From Macrostomum hystrix (lineage: Eukaryota > Animalia > Platyhelminthes): 64,000 nt of DNA. The notes beneath the pieces were generated by a model. That model was not told the origin of the DNA. It searched no databases and saw only the letters and a list, made by a program, of their open reading frames with translations. Each line of letters opens with the position of its first letter. Position 1 is the stretch's first letter. Location of the stretch: the NCBI GenBank assembly GCA_950097015.1, contig CATNEN010000041.1:1426001-1490000 (forward strand). Direction: 5' to 3'. Below, one piece after another: positions 47,207 to 58,708 of this stretch. The translations under genes and the position numbers were made by a program.

Positions 47207-48256
47207 ATGGCGCTTACTTTCGCGATCTATCTGACAATCCTAGCAATGGCCTGTGGTGTCTCTGCTCAAGAGAGACAGACTGCGCTCAGGACTGTGACCA
47301 AGTGCCCATCGGCTGCCGGCATCCCTCAATTGGAGCGTCTTAGCTCCGTGTTGGATCTGGCAGCGTGTATCGTGGCGTGCGCTAACTCCGAGCGCTGCGC
47401 AGCGATGCACTTTCGGTCCAACAACTCGAGCTGCTTGCACGGCAACGTTGGTCAAGTAGCCATTGTGCTGGATCAGGTGTCCGCAAATAATGGATCTGAT
47501 GGCTGTGTGAGCCACGAGAAGCTGGGCATCTCCAATGTGCTGCCTCCGACTGCAGCTGCAGCAGTGGCTCCTCCCGCGGGACTCAGTTCGGGCCTGTTCG
47601 CTAAGCTGCTCATTCTCTTCGACTTCAGACAGAGTTTCTTGAACCTCGTGAACCCCGCTAGATTCGCTGCAACGCCTCGCGGGTCCGTCTTCCGGGACAG
47701 TCAGGGCGCCAACTTTCCTGGAGGCAACACTTCCGACTTCATCGAAGTGGACACGGAGAACGGAACTCTGGTTCCAAATTACCTGGACGCGGAGAAAAAC
47801 TTCACCTTCTTTGCTAGAGTCGTGCGTCAAACGTACAGCATGCAGAGCTACCACTATTTTTTTTACTCATCTTTCGGCTACGTGGCCTTCTTCGGTGACC
47901 GATACGGAAAGCTTGTGGTTGAACACATGTATCCTAGCGTGCCTGGCCATCACTTCGAGAAGTTCGAAGCTCAGGAGTCAACGGAAGCCATTGTTTCAAC
48001 GAGTTTTGAACCTCAGGCCGTGTGGGCGGGAGCAGTGTTCAATGGGAAAAACCTAACGCATCTGTACATGAATGGCTCTCTGGTCAGTACAGGATCATAT
48101 TCTGCTTGGGGTCGTAACGAGCCACCAATGTACCTGCGCCTCGGATACTGCCACACAGTAGCTGACGTGCTGAAAGGAAAGATGATCTGCTACTCAGTTG
48201 CCAAGGACGCGCTCACCATAGCTGAACTTCGTGAACTGAACGCCTTTTGTGGCTAG
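47207..48256 (+). CDS. Secreted protein, 349 aa: signal peptide, PAN/apple-like domain and concanavalin A/LamG-like domain; intronless
   Basis: Signal peptide MALTFAIYLTILAMACGVSA. PAN-like Cys pattern C...AACIVACANSERCAAMHF...SSC. C-terminal beta-rich domain (LLILFDF, FTFFARV, VWAGAVFNGKNLTHLYMNGSLV, LRLG...LKGKM.CY.V...ALT..E..EL) typical of Laminin_G_3/pentraxin-like folds. Confidence 0.8.
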   Translation: MALTFAIYLTILAMACGVSAQERQTALRTVTKCPSAAGIPQLERLSSVLDLAACIVACANSERCAAMHFRSNNSSCLHGNVGQVAIVLDQVSANNGSDGCVSHEKLGISNVLPPTAAAAVAPPAGLSSGLFAKLLILFDFRQSFLNLVNPARFAATPRGSVFRDSQGANFPGGNTSDFIEVDTENGTLVPNYLDAEKNFTFFARVVRQTYSMQSYHYFFYSSFGYVAFFGDRYGKLVVEHMYPSVPGHHFEKFEAQESTEAIVSTSFEPQAVWAGAVFNGKNLTHLYMNGSLVSTGSYSAWGRNEPPMYLRLGYCHTVADVLKGKMICYSVAKDALTIAELRELNAFCG

Positions 48257-48796
48257 TCGAATTTCATACGGATGATAAGCTTGTGCGGATGACAGCGCTG
48301 CATTCTAAAATTGAGCAAGCACTGTTGCAAGCATGCCACAGCTGTCACTTAGAATATACTCTTTAAATATTATCGTTTACGCTCTATGGCTTTTAATGCA
48401 CAAATCAACTGAAAAATGACACTTCGGCTAGGTTAATATCTCTGAGAGACAAAGCACGCCACACCCTCGACCAAGGAAGCACCCTGGACGTCTAGGAGAG
48501 TCCGATCTTTCGCCAGACCATAAGTCGCCTATTCTGTGCCCGACAGACGACAACTTTCAACGGCCACATTGGTACAGATTCGCGATCATGCCGACTGCAA
48601 TGTGCATCTGTTGCCCAAAGCATTCGACAAACCGTCAATTTTCAGCTTCTCCCAGCTTGGGTCGTATTTTGTCAACTTTGAATCCCAAAGTATAAGCTTT
48701 TTTGTTGTAAAAAGGAATAATTTATATTCACGTCTATATTTATATTTGTTGTTATTCTGGTAAAGGCTCTAAACCGTGACTCTAGCATCGGTCACT

Positions 48797-49115
48797 GGCG
48801 GGGGAGTGTGGCGGAAAGTGCAAATTTCGATGTCTGTATGCTACATTTACTTGTTATTTAATGTCTATTTTTCTTCACTAAATTCAGATTGAATTCTCAG
48901 ACCATTATCTAATGTACGCTTATGTTCTCTTCGCTGCACCGCTCTAACTTATGTGCATGGACTCGTCTCGATCTCTACCCTCCCAATGTGCGTGCGATTT
49001 CTCTCTTAAGTTAAGCCTCTCAATTCAGTCCTCTGAACCCTTAATAAACGTGAGCTGTAGTACGAGCTAAGGCGCAGGTGGAGAGAGTTTTACTCAGCAG
49101 TCAAACCACACCACA
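48797..49115 (+). mobile_element. Putative polypurine tract plus 3' LTR of an LTR retrotransposon (LTR 48807-49115, 309 bp)
   Basis: GGCGGGGGAG immediately precedes TGTGG...; the segment ends in ...CCACA (inverted termini TGTGG/CCACA) and has AATAAA at 49043-49048. No second LTR or gag-pol is present in the window. Confidence 0.5.
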
Positions 49116-50371
49116 ACACTCTTCTGACTTCATTCAACTGCATGGAATAGTTCCAACACTCTTCTGACTTCATTCAACTGCATGGAATAGTTCCAACACT
49201 CTTCTGACTTCATTCAACTACATGGAATAGTTCCAACACTCTTATGACTTCATTCAACTGCATGGAATAGTTCCAACACTCTTCTGACTTCATTCAACTA
49301 CATGGAATAGTTCCAACACTCTTCTGACTTCATTCAACTACATGGAATAGTTCCAACACTCTTCTGACTTCATTCAACTGCATGGAATAGTTCCAACACA
49401 CTTCTGACTTCATTCAACTGCATGGAATAGTTCCAACACTCTTCTGACTTCATTCAACTGCATGGAATAGTTCCAACACACTTCTGACTTCATTCAACTG
49501 CATGGAATAGTTCCAACACTCTTCTGACTTCATTCAACTGCATGGAATAGTTCCAACACACTTCTGACTTCATTCAACTGCATGGAATAGTTCCAACACT
49601 CTTCTGACTTCATTCAACTGCATGGAATAGTTCCAACACTCTTCTGACTTCATTCAACTGCATGGAATAGTTCCAACACTCTTCTGACTTCATTCAACTA
49701 CATGGAATAGTTCCAACACTCTTCTGACTTCATTCAACTGCATGGAATAGTTCCAACACTCTTCTGACTTCATTCAACTACATGGAATAGTTCCAACACT
49801 CTTCTGACTTCATTCAACTACATGGAATAGTTCCAACACTCTTCTGACTTCATTCAACTACATGGAATAGTTCCAACACTCTTCTGACTTCATTCAACTG
49901 CATGGAATAGTTCCAACACTCTTCTGACTTCATTCAACTACATGGAATAGTTCCAACACTCTTCTGACTTCATTCAACTACATGGAATAGTTCCAACACT
50001 CTTCTGACTTCATTCAACTACATGGAATAGTTCCAACACTCTTCTGACTTCATTCAACTACATGGAATAGTTCCAACACTCTTCTGACTTCATTCAACTA
50101 CATGGAATAGTTCCAACACTCTTCTGACTTCATTCAACTGCATGGAATAGTTCCAACACTCTTCTGACTTCATTCAACTACATGGAATAGTTCCAACACT
50201 CTTCTGACTTCATTCAACTACATGGAATAGTTCCAACACTCTTCTGACTTCATTCAACTACATGGAATAGTTCCAACACTCTTCTGACTTCATTCAACTA
50301 CATGGAATAGTTCCAACAGTCTTCTGACTTCGATCAACTACATGGAATAGTTCCAACACTCTTCTGACTTC
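49114..50371. repeat. 40-bp minisatellite (CAACACTCTTCTGACTTCATTCAACT[A/G]CATGGAATAGTTC), about 31 copies
   Basis: Near-identical head-to-tail units with no spacers. Confidence 0.97.
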
Positions 50372-51379
50372 CTCTCTGCCAGGCCTCCATCGCTGATCAG
50401 ACCGATCGCCAATCCATTTGTTTGAACATTACTTTGCTGCCTGGGTCCCAGACCATGAGGCTTCGAAGTCTGTTCTCTGTCGACTGTAGCGTTAGAGAGC
50501 TACCACTCCTAGAGAAGGCACAAGGCAGGAGCCATTTGCTACGATATACGAAGTCTCCATCCCCTCAATTAGGACACTCCTTAGAATCCTTTGATGTAGC
50601 CGCATTAGTAACAAAATGGAAGTTAGGTAGATGTCCGCTCCGAGATCGAGTTGGTTCCGATGAAGCTACAAAAAATTGAGCTTAGGAACTAAATTAGGAG
50701 CTAATTTTCGCCCTATTTTATTCGCTATAGTAATTGTCACGACTTCGCTTTGACGGCGTGTACTATGGTGTTTTTTTAGTTTTACTAGAGCGTTCCATGG
50801 CTGCCTCTATGCCTTTCATTCTGCAGACATTCCAGAACCTCTGCAAATCCTATTTTACCACGAAATCAACAAAGTAAAGTGGGTCTTGTAACTTTATTAT
50901 TGAAGGGTGAACAAAATTTGTTCACTTTCCCAGCAGTGAAGTCTTTCTATTTACTCTCAAAACACGCATTTCGACTCCTCGCAGACACTTTTTGCCGATT
51001 GCTTGCTATATGTTTAAGACAAATATTGCAGCCGTTGGGGGCAAGGACGGCTTTATGTGCAATGTAAATAACAGAGTAGAATTCCTCCAGTATTTACATC
51101 CGCGCATTTTTTACCATCAAAAGTCGAATGTCACTTTCCGAAGCGCATAATTTTTGCTATTGACATCTGACAAAACCGGGACTTAACAATTGTAAAAGAC
51201 GCATATAATATGAAATCCGAAGAGATGTGAAGGCTTTTTACGCATTTAAATGAGTGCAATTTTAATTGGCAGCAAAATTAGCAACTAGTTACTTGTCAGT
51301 TCTAATTCCGCTCACTAGAATTTTGAGTTTCATGAAGCGCGCATCGCAAAGTATTTGTGTCTCCAGTTGTAATGATGAA

Positions 51380-51672
51380 GATGGCTCAGTTTCATGCAGA
51401 GCGTCGAGCGTCGGACTCATGACTTGAAGGCCGGGGTTCGATTCGACTCCATTAGAACAACTTGTCCTTTAGCAACTTCTATGCATCACTTCGGTTCACA
51501 CAGCTGGTACCAGCATCAGCTGGGGTAATCCAGCGTGGCTGTGGCGTCCCTCCCAGTCCCTGGACTGAACAGCCGTACGCAGCCTTCAGAAGCTCCGCAT
51601 AATAGCTGCGGCTGTGCTGTTGGTTGCACATCTGGTCTGATTGGGGCAGGTATAATAAAATATTATTATTTT
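51380..51672 (+). mobile_element. tRNA-derived SINE family 2, CpG-rich copy
   Basis: B-box GGGGTTCGATTCGACTCC; body colinear with 18204-18500; AT-rich tail. Confidence 0.75.
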
Positions 51673-53138
51673 ATAAATGCTCGAATTTATACGAGCCTCG
51701 TACGTGCCTTAATTCTGAAAAATTTCTTCCTTTGCACGTTGATTTGCACCTTGCGCATTAGATCAGCATATTTGCACTTGTACACAGTTTGTGTTCGGGA
51801 GAGCCGATATTCAGTTAGTCCTAAATTCTAGAAAACCAATTGTACATGGAGTGGTTAAAGGAACAAAGACTACTCAGTGGTCCTTGGGAGTGGTCCAGAG
51901 TTTTCAAGAATAGGAAGTGAAAATGTTGAAGGCATAAACGACTCTACCGGGAACTACGAACTTTACCGATGTTGATATTAACACATGTACGTGTAAATAA
52001 CCTTGCATGTTTATGTGCATTCAGAGCTGTTTCTTTGAATAAAATAGCGAGAAAATCGAGAGTTTATCGAAACCACGGAACAGGATATTATCGGTTCTAA
52101 TAGTAACAATGAAAAACACCAGAAAGCCAAAAGTAAATGCATAAAAATCCGAAAATTTTAGGATTGCTTCACATAACAGTTTTCTAGATTTACTAGCCCT
52201 GCATTGACAATATGGCAGTATTTTTTATTTGTGCAAAATCCAGTAAAACTGCGTTAACGTTATATTAAACGACAAAAAGAAGCCACAAAAGGCATTTGCT
52301 TAAAGCAAGCTCAAAATTTTAAGTTCTATCTAAAAAGGTAGCAGTGCTTTATTTATATATACTTTTATTCAGATACTTTTATCAAAACTTTTTGTTTTAC
52401 ATCAGATGCAAAAAAAGTTAGCAGGTTTTAAAAATTTTCGTGCACGTAAAACGAATTGCAGAAACTTAGCGCGCATCACGCAAAATGTGATTGATAATTA
52501 CGATTTAACAGATTACAACGCATTATACTCTAAATTTGACCAACAAGTCCATCTCTGCTTGTTTATAGGAACGCATACTAACAAAACCGCTGACCATTGC
52601 TGAGTAGTGCCTACTATACTCTCAGAAACAAAAGCAGTTCCTTGTAATGTTTGTGAATGTCTGTTATTTAAAGTTTATGAATCTTAAGCCTAAACTTAAA
52701 CTTTAATGAAACAAATGAAAGTTTAGCGTCTGAATATGAATTTAATTAGCTTTCTATGGCAAACATATTTTAATTTGTACAAAATAGCAAGTATACAGAA
52801 ATACTTAAAATGCTCATTGCTGAACAAATATTTTCACTCAAGCATTTATGGCTTCTAAGTTGTTTGTTTACCCTTACAGAAGCTTCTATCAAAGTGAAAA
52901 ACACTAATTCTGACTCCTAATGGAACGAAATTAGCTATCTGTTGAATAAAAGCAAAAATACTGTTATTGTATTTATTCTACAAAAGTTAAAGTAAAACTT
53001 AATTAAAATGTATTTTAAGCTTTTGATTTTCAAAAATAAAGACACAAAATATCAATAATGTGACTGTTAAACATACAAAGGTACAGAGCTACAGGCACAA
53101 TACTTGTAGTTATATGATACTTGGGTAAGATATTTTAT

Positions 53139-53570
53139 GGGGAGAGTGCAGAGTAGTTTATGTGCCTCTATTATCTATTACTATGCCTCTTTGGGCATAT
53201 GCCTCTCCTCTTCATTTTGGGGTGTAGCAACAGAGATGGCTTAGGGGCTGTTCTGCAATTTATGCCCTTCAGGACCAATCTTCAATCATGGCGAAGCTAG
53301 TCTGCTCATAGTCCCCAGTGACGCAGCCGCAGCTGATGCCAAACTGGGACCCGAACGCGGCCTCCCAATGTGCCTGCTTCTCCACAAAAAGCACAGTGAA
53401 AGTGTATACTGCCTGGACATTGAGAAAGTGTGAGCATGTGCCTGTATATGATATCTGTGTGCATTTGCTTAGGAGCCAGTAGAATGGGCAGAAGTGCTTC
53501 TTCACTGGTTGCAGGTCTAGTGTCACCAAAGGGTGTGCCTTTGTATGCAGTCCTCCTGCAATAAAAATAT
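53139..53570 (+). mobile_element. SINE family 1, old CpG-free copy, split by a 100-bp insertion at 53281-53380
   Basis: The 5' half (TTCATTTTGGGG...TGCAATTTATGCCCTTCAGGACCAATC) and 3' half (TCCA...GCACAGTGAAAGTGTATACTGCCTG) are colinear with the other family-1 copies. Confidence 0.7.
53281..53382 (-). pseudogene. Inverted copy of part of HFM1 exon 3 (EKQAHWEAAFGSQFGISCGCVTGDYEQTSFAMIE)
   Basis: The reverse complement aligns without gaps to about 55311-55412, with roughly 8 substitutions. Confidence 0.9.
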
Positions 53571-54290
53571 TCTAAGGAAGTTCCACTATAAGATTCATCT
53601 CAGACTAAAATGGCTACCAGAACTTGTAAAAAGGCAACTATTGTACATACATTATATTCTTCCTTTCTATTAACATTTTTTCTTATGTCAAGTAGAGTTT
53701 TTATCAGCAAATAAAAGCACATTTTCTAGCTAAAATAGTTACCTCCTATTACCTTCAATTGGACTTTAACTTTTATTTTAATAACAAATTTCCCTTTTAT
53801 GGTTTATCTGTTATATTTTATTTTAAATGAAAGACGATGTGAAACTTTTCGCAGCCTGTAATAAAAAAATTAACGACCGCAAACTTGTTTTGACATTGTT
53901 GTTCTTTGCATCAATTAAAGCATGTGAGCCAATTTATAAATTTTATAATCATAGAATATATTTCTCTAGTAAAATTTGCATTGCATACAAACTAACTACA
54001 AGCTACTAGCTGATAGTTTTCAAGTGATAATAAAATTATAGTTTTTTTATCAAACACAAAAGACAAACCGAACATTTTTCATTTCAAGATTTATATTTTT
54101 ACTGTTTCATCACTAAGTGCAATGTCTCGACGAGTTGCTGCCATGATTCATATCCTTTTAACAAAACTTTTAAAAATCTAAACTCTGTGTTGTGAGTTAT
54201 GCTTTTAAGTGACAAATCGAGAAAAAAAGTTTCTCTTTAAAATTATGATTTTATGTTACTTTCCAACCTGTCTCACGTAGCCTGAAATAG

Positions 54291-57200
54291 TACGAAAATT
54301 TCTTAACTCCATTTTTTCGTCATGCTATACCTCCGGAGTACCACTCTGTATTCCCATTTGAGCAATTCAATTCAATGCAGGCGGACATTCTACCCATGGT
54401 GCGTTTTACTGCTTACTGTCAGTTTTTTAACTGGTCGGAACATTCTGTGTGGTTTTTTATTCTCCACCCAGTCGGTGGGTTGTAATTTTTCACGCAATCT
54501 GTGGGTTGTTATTCTCCACGCAGTCTGTGGGTTGTTGTTCTCCACGCAGTCGATGGGTTGTAATTCTCCACGCAGTCTGTGGGTTGTTATTCTCCACGCA
54601 GTCTGTGGGTTGTAATTTTCCACGCAGTCTGTGGGTTGTTACTCCGTCCCAATCAAATGAAATTTTACGTAACACGAAACGCCGCCTCGCAACACCCATC
54701 CGAAGGCGCTGGGCTCAGACCGCAATCTCGTCGTGTCAGCGCCCACCGGCAGCGGCAAGACTGTCGCATTCGACCTGGCCATCATCAGGAGCCTCATGGA
54801 ACAGCGGCGAACAGGCAGCGAGTTCAAGAAGGCGGTCTATAGTGAGTGCTAGTTCTCAGATGGCATTGTAATCCTTACAGATCCTCAGATCAGGCCGCTA
54901 TCCTCCCAGATCCTCAGATCAGGCCGCTATCCTCTCAGATCCTCAGATCAGGCCGCTATCCTCTCAGATCCTCAGATCAGGCCGCCATCCTCCCAGATCC
55001 TCAGATCAGGCCGCTATCCTCTCAGATCCTCAGATCAGGCCGCTATCCTCTCAGATCCTCAGATCAGGCCGCTATCCTCTCAGATCCTCAGATCAGGCCG
55101 CTATCCTCTCAGATCCTCAGATCAGGCCGCCATCCTCCCAGATCCTCAGATCAGGCCGCTATCCTCTCAGATCCTCAGATCAGGCCGCTATCCTCTCAGA
55201 TCCTCAGATCAGGCCGCTATCCTCTCAGATCCTCAGATCAAGTCTCTGACGCTCTTCCTCTCCCATCCGCGTTTGCCACCACAGTCTCTCCCCTGAAGGC
55301 GCTCTGCGAAGAGAAGCAGGCGCACTGGGAGGCCGCGTTCGGGTCCCGGTTTGGCATCAGCTGCGGCTGCGTGACCGGGGACTATGAGCAGACTAGCTTC
55401 GCCGAGATTGAGCGCCTAGGCATTATCGCCACCACACCGGTGAGGCTGCTTCTGTGTATGGGAGTGAGATTGGAAGCAATTTCAGCGATGGTTGAATTGC
55501 TTCTAAAGAGCTTTTCATCTAGGTTATAGAATTAGATCTAAAAGCTGTGTAAAATATTCTTGCACATGGCTCAGAAAGCAATCTTCTGACCTTCACCTGT
55601 AACTATTTTCTGCCCTACTCTCTTGCCTATACTATTCTCTCTTCCTTCTCTCATTCTTTTGGATTCCATCTAAACTTCCTGGTATCCAAAAGACAGCATC
55701 TCCTTGACTTCTCCTGTGCCTGTCAGGAAAGTGCATGGAAAAAACTCTGCTGGTTTATTGTCAAACAGTGTAAAACCTGCGCGCTGACATTTTATTAAAA
55801 GGAGAAATGGGACAGCCTGACAAGACGGTGGCGTGAGAGCGTCGGCTTCATGTCCAGCATCGGCCTGTTTATGATTGATGAGGTGAGTCATGAGAACAGG
55901 AAGATCTCTTTCTAAGAAATATTAAAAGAACTTTCATATTTTTGTTTTTACCAGTACACAAAATGCATGAATCCTCAAAATCCCCATTGCCCATAATGTA
56001 CACTCAGCCCTCCTCAGCCCATTCGCCACAATGTACACACAGCCCTCCGCAGCCCATTAGCCACAATGTACACACAGCCCTCCGCAGCCCATTCGCCACA
56101 ATGTACACATAGCCCTCCGCAGCCCATTCGCCACAATGTACACACAGCCCTCCGCAGCCCATTCGCCACAATGTACACACAGCCCTCCGCAGCCCATTCG
56201 CCACAATGTACACACAGCCCTCCTCAACCCCATTCGCCACAATGTACACACAGCCCTCCACAACCCCATTCGCCACAATGTACACACAGCCCTCCTCAAC
56301 CCGCCACAATGTACACACAGCCCTCCTCAACCCCATTCACATCCATCGGCCTCCTCAAACGAAGACCTCATGCCCCAGCCATCCCCCGATCTCTCTCAAA
56401 GGTTCACGTAATCCATGAGGCCAGGCGGGGCGCGGTTGTGGAGGCGGCCATCAGCCGGATGCTGCTGGTTGCCCGGCTGTCCGACACCGCCTGTCGATTT
56501 CGCTTTGTTGCCGTGTCGGCCACAGCACCGAACGTGGAAGATGTAAGCGAGCTTACTGTTAACTTGTTTTTGTTCTCATTGTTGTTGTATTTGCCGCTTC
56601 CCAGGCCATGGGAAATCGCCAGGATATGCTGCGCTGGGTTGGCTCCACAGGTCAAGGAGCACCAGGTCGGTAGGATGAGCAGTGCAGTTAAAAAGGTGCG
56701 CCACCGAATCTTCATCTGGCACCTGGGGCAGATGGGGAGGACTTCAGGGTCCAGCTTCGACTGGTAGGTCGCGAGCAAGCGGCAATCCCGGACCTCAGCT
56801 GCGAGAGGGTGACCCTGATCTTCCGGCTCAAACTGCGCTCCGTATGGTTGATGTTGCGGGCCGGCCTACTGAGGAGACTGTGAGCAGGCCTGCTGTGGCA
56901 TAGTGAATCGCTTTGAGATCGCTGATGTCCAGAGTGATGGATTTGATGGAGCTGATGAGAGGCTGGAGGCGCGTGAGTAAGTTAGAAGCAAGGCCCTGAA
57001 GACTGTTCCGAAGGGCGGCAGGTGGCTGAGAGAATATGCCCAGCTGTGACAGCCGGAGATGATGTGCAAAGCCGAATTCTGAGCTGCTTGGAGGGTGTTC
57101 CAGCTCGAATCGCTGAGGAGCGGGACGGCTGAGCAGTAGTTAAGCACCGAGCGCCCGAAGGCTTTGTAGGTGACAGTTTCCTTATCCTGCCCCCAGGATG

Positions 57201-58708
57201 TTAGCGCGAAGGATGTTATTAGTGCTGCCGACGGAGTGAGCGAGTGAACATGAAACTTGAGCAGAGGATCGAAAGTAACGCCGAGAATCTTGGGCGAGGT
57301 GCAGTAAGCCAGGCTGGCCCCGTTGAGATAGAGCGGAGGAGCAGCGGAGTCCGACAATTCTCATCGGGCTGTCTGGTGGCAAAAACCACCAATATAGACA
57401 TAATTGTGCTCTTCACAAAATTTCATCGAGTATTCATGTCGGCTATAATTTTTTTTAGTGTTTTAATTATAATGTTGATTAATATAATGTTAAACCAATA
57501 TGGATTTCGCATAGACGTTCGGTTTGGGAGCACTGCGAGCATGAGTAATGCAGTGGGTATTTAAAAGCATGCTCTTTTCTACTGTTAGTCGAAACTCACA
57601 GATTCGCATGAATAGAATGAATAGAACAAAACAGATCTTGCCACTCACTGCCTGCAGCTGTCGCGCTGGCTCACTGATGCTGACGGGCAGGAGGCCGCAT
57701 TCTACCGGTGAGTTGCTGCTCCAGCTTTCTTAGGTGTCCAAGATTTCTTGTCTCCAAAATTGTGTCCTGTGGCGGTGACCAGTTGCAGTTGCAGAGACCC
57801 GTAATATTCTGTGGCAGTGACCAGTGGCAGTAGCAGTGACCCGTAATATTCTGTGGCAGTGACCAGTGGCAGTAGCAGTGACCTGTAATATTCTGTGACG
57901 GTGACCAGCGGCAGTAGCAGTGACCCATAATATTCTGTGACGGTGACCAGTGGCAGTAGCAGTGACCTGTAATATTCTGTGGCGGTGACCAGCGGCAGTA
58001 GCAGTGACCCGTAATATTCTGTGGCAGTGACCAGTGGCAGTAGCAGTGACCCGTAATATTCTGTGGCAGTGACCAGTGGCAGTAGCAGTGACCTGTAATA
58101 TTCTGTGACGGTGACCAGTGGCAGTAGCAGTGACCCATAATATTCTGTGACGGTGACCAGTGGCAGTAGCAGTGACCCGTAATATTCTGTGGCAGTGACC
58201 AGTGGCAGTAGCAGTGACCCGTAATATTCTGTGGCGGTGACCAGTGGCAGTAGCAGTGACCTGTAATATTCTGTGGCGGTGACCAGCGGCAGTAGCAGTG
58301 ACCTCTAATATTCTGTGGTAGTGACCAGTGGCAGAAGCAGTGACCCGTAATATTCTGTGGCGGTGACCAGTGGCAGTAGCAGTGACCTGTAATATTCTGT
58401 GGCGGTGACCAGTGGCAGTAGCAGTGACAGATAGGCTCATAAGCAGATACAATGGGAAATGGTACTGAGGACCCACCGCATAGAAACTAATCCACACAGC
58501 ACTTTTGCATATTTGCTCGCAACGCCTCACACCCCGCGCCGTCCCTCAACTCAGGGCGGACCAACGCTCGCGCCCGGTGCCGCTCAAGACGCTGGTGCTG
58601 GGCTACCACCGCGGCCCTGACCAAACTGCCTTCAAGTTCGACATGAACCTGAACTACCGCCTGGCTGGCCTGGTGGCAGCCCACGCTGAGGGCAAGCCTG
58701 CTCTGATT
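54291..58708 (+). CDS. HFM1: HFM1/MER3 meiotic Ski2-like DExH helicase, partial; exons 54291-54398, 54706-54841, 55285-55439, 55802-55882, 56402-56542, 57658-57707, 58555-58708
   Basis: FPFEQFNSMQ (Q motif), SAPTGSGKT (Walker A), SPLKALC, VTGD, TTP|EKWDSLTRRW, MIDE|VH (DEVH), RGAVVE, RFVAVSAT.PN, RPVPL..LVLG, FKFDMNLNY (HFM1-specific), GKPALI. All six introns are GT-AG with consistent phases. The start codon and the C-terminal half were not found. Confidence 0.92.
54452..54640. repeat. 26-bp minisatellite (TCTGTGGGTTGTTATTCTCCACGCAG) in HFM1 intron 1
   Basis: About 7 copies visible. Confidence 0.88.
54877..55240. repeat. 29-bp minisatellite (AGATCCTCAGATCAGGCCGCTATCCTCTC) in HFM1 intron 2
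   Basis: About 12 copies visible. Confidence 0.93.
55993..56335. repeat. 35-bp minisatellite (CACAATGTACACACAGCCCTCCGCAGCCCATTCGC) in HFM1 intron 4
   Basis: About 10 copies visible. Confidence 0.92.
56565..57365 (-). mobile_element. 5'-truncated, degenerate non-LTR retrotransposon (LINE) 3' end in HFM1 intron 5
   Basis: Post-RT motifs PKILGVTFDPLLKF..H, TSWGQDKET..TYKAFGRSVLNY, LQAAQNSAL..ISGC, TLSQLRSG. C-terminal zinc knuckle CPRC..EDSVAHLFNC, frameshifted. (CAA)n-like tail at about 56565-56590. Confidence 0.82.
57765..58428. repeat. 42-bp minisatellite (GTGACCAGTGGCAGTAGCAGTGACCCGTAATATTCTGTGGCA) in HFM1 intron 6
   Basis: About 16 copies visible. Confidence 0.95.

Noticed and set aside
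49114-50371. CRISPR-like array (40-bp period, partly palindromic)
   Set aside because: Units are head-to-tail with no unique spacers, there are no cas genes, and the context is eukaryotic.
51380-51460. tRNA genes at the SINE heads (also 15006, 18204, 34820 and 32975)
   Set aside because: A/B-box-like motifs are present, but there is no complete cloverleaf and each full-length head continues into a shared SINE body.
57671-58530. Cys/His-rich repeat ORFs (ITGHCYCHWSLPQN)n as a metal-binding protein
   Set aside because: 42-bp minisatellite inside HFM1 intron 6, antisense to the gene.
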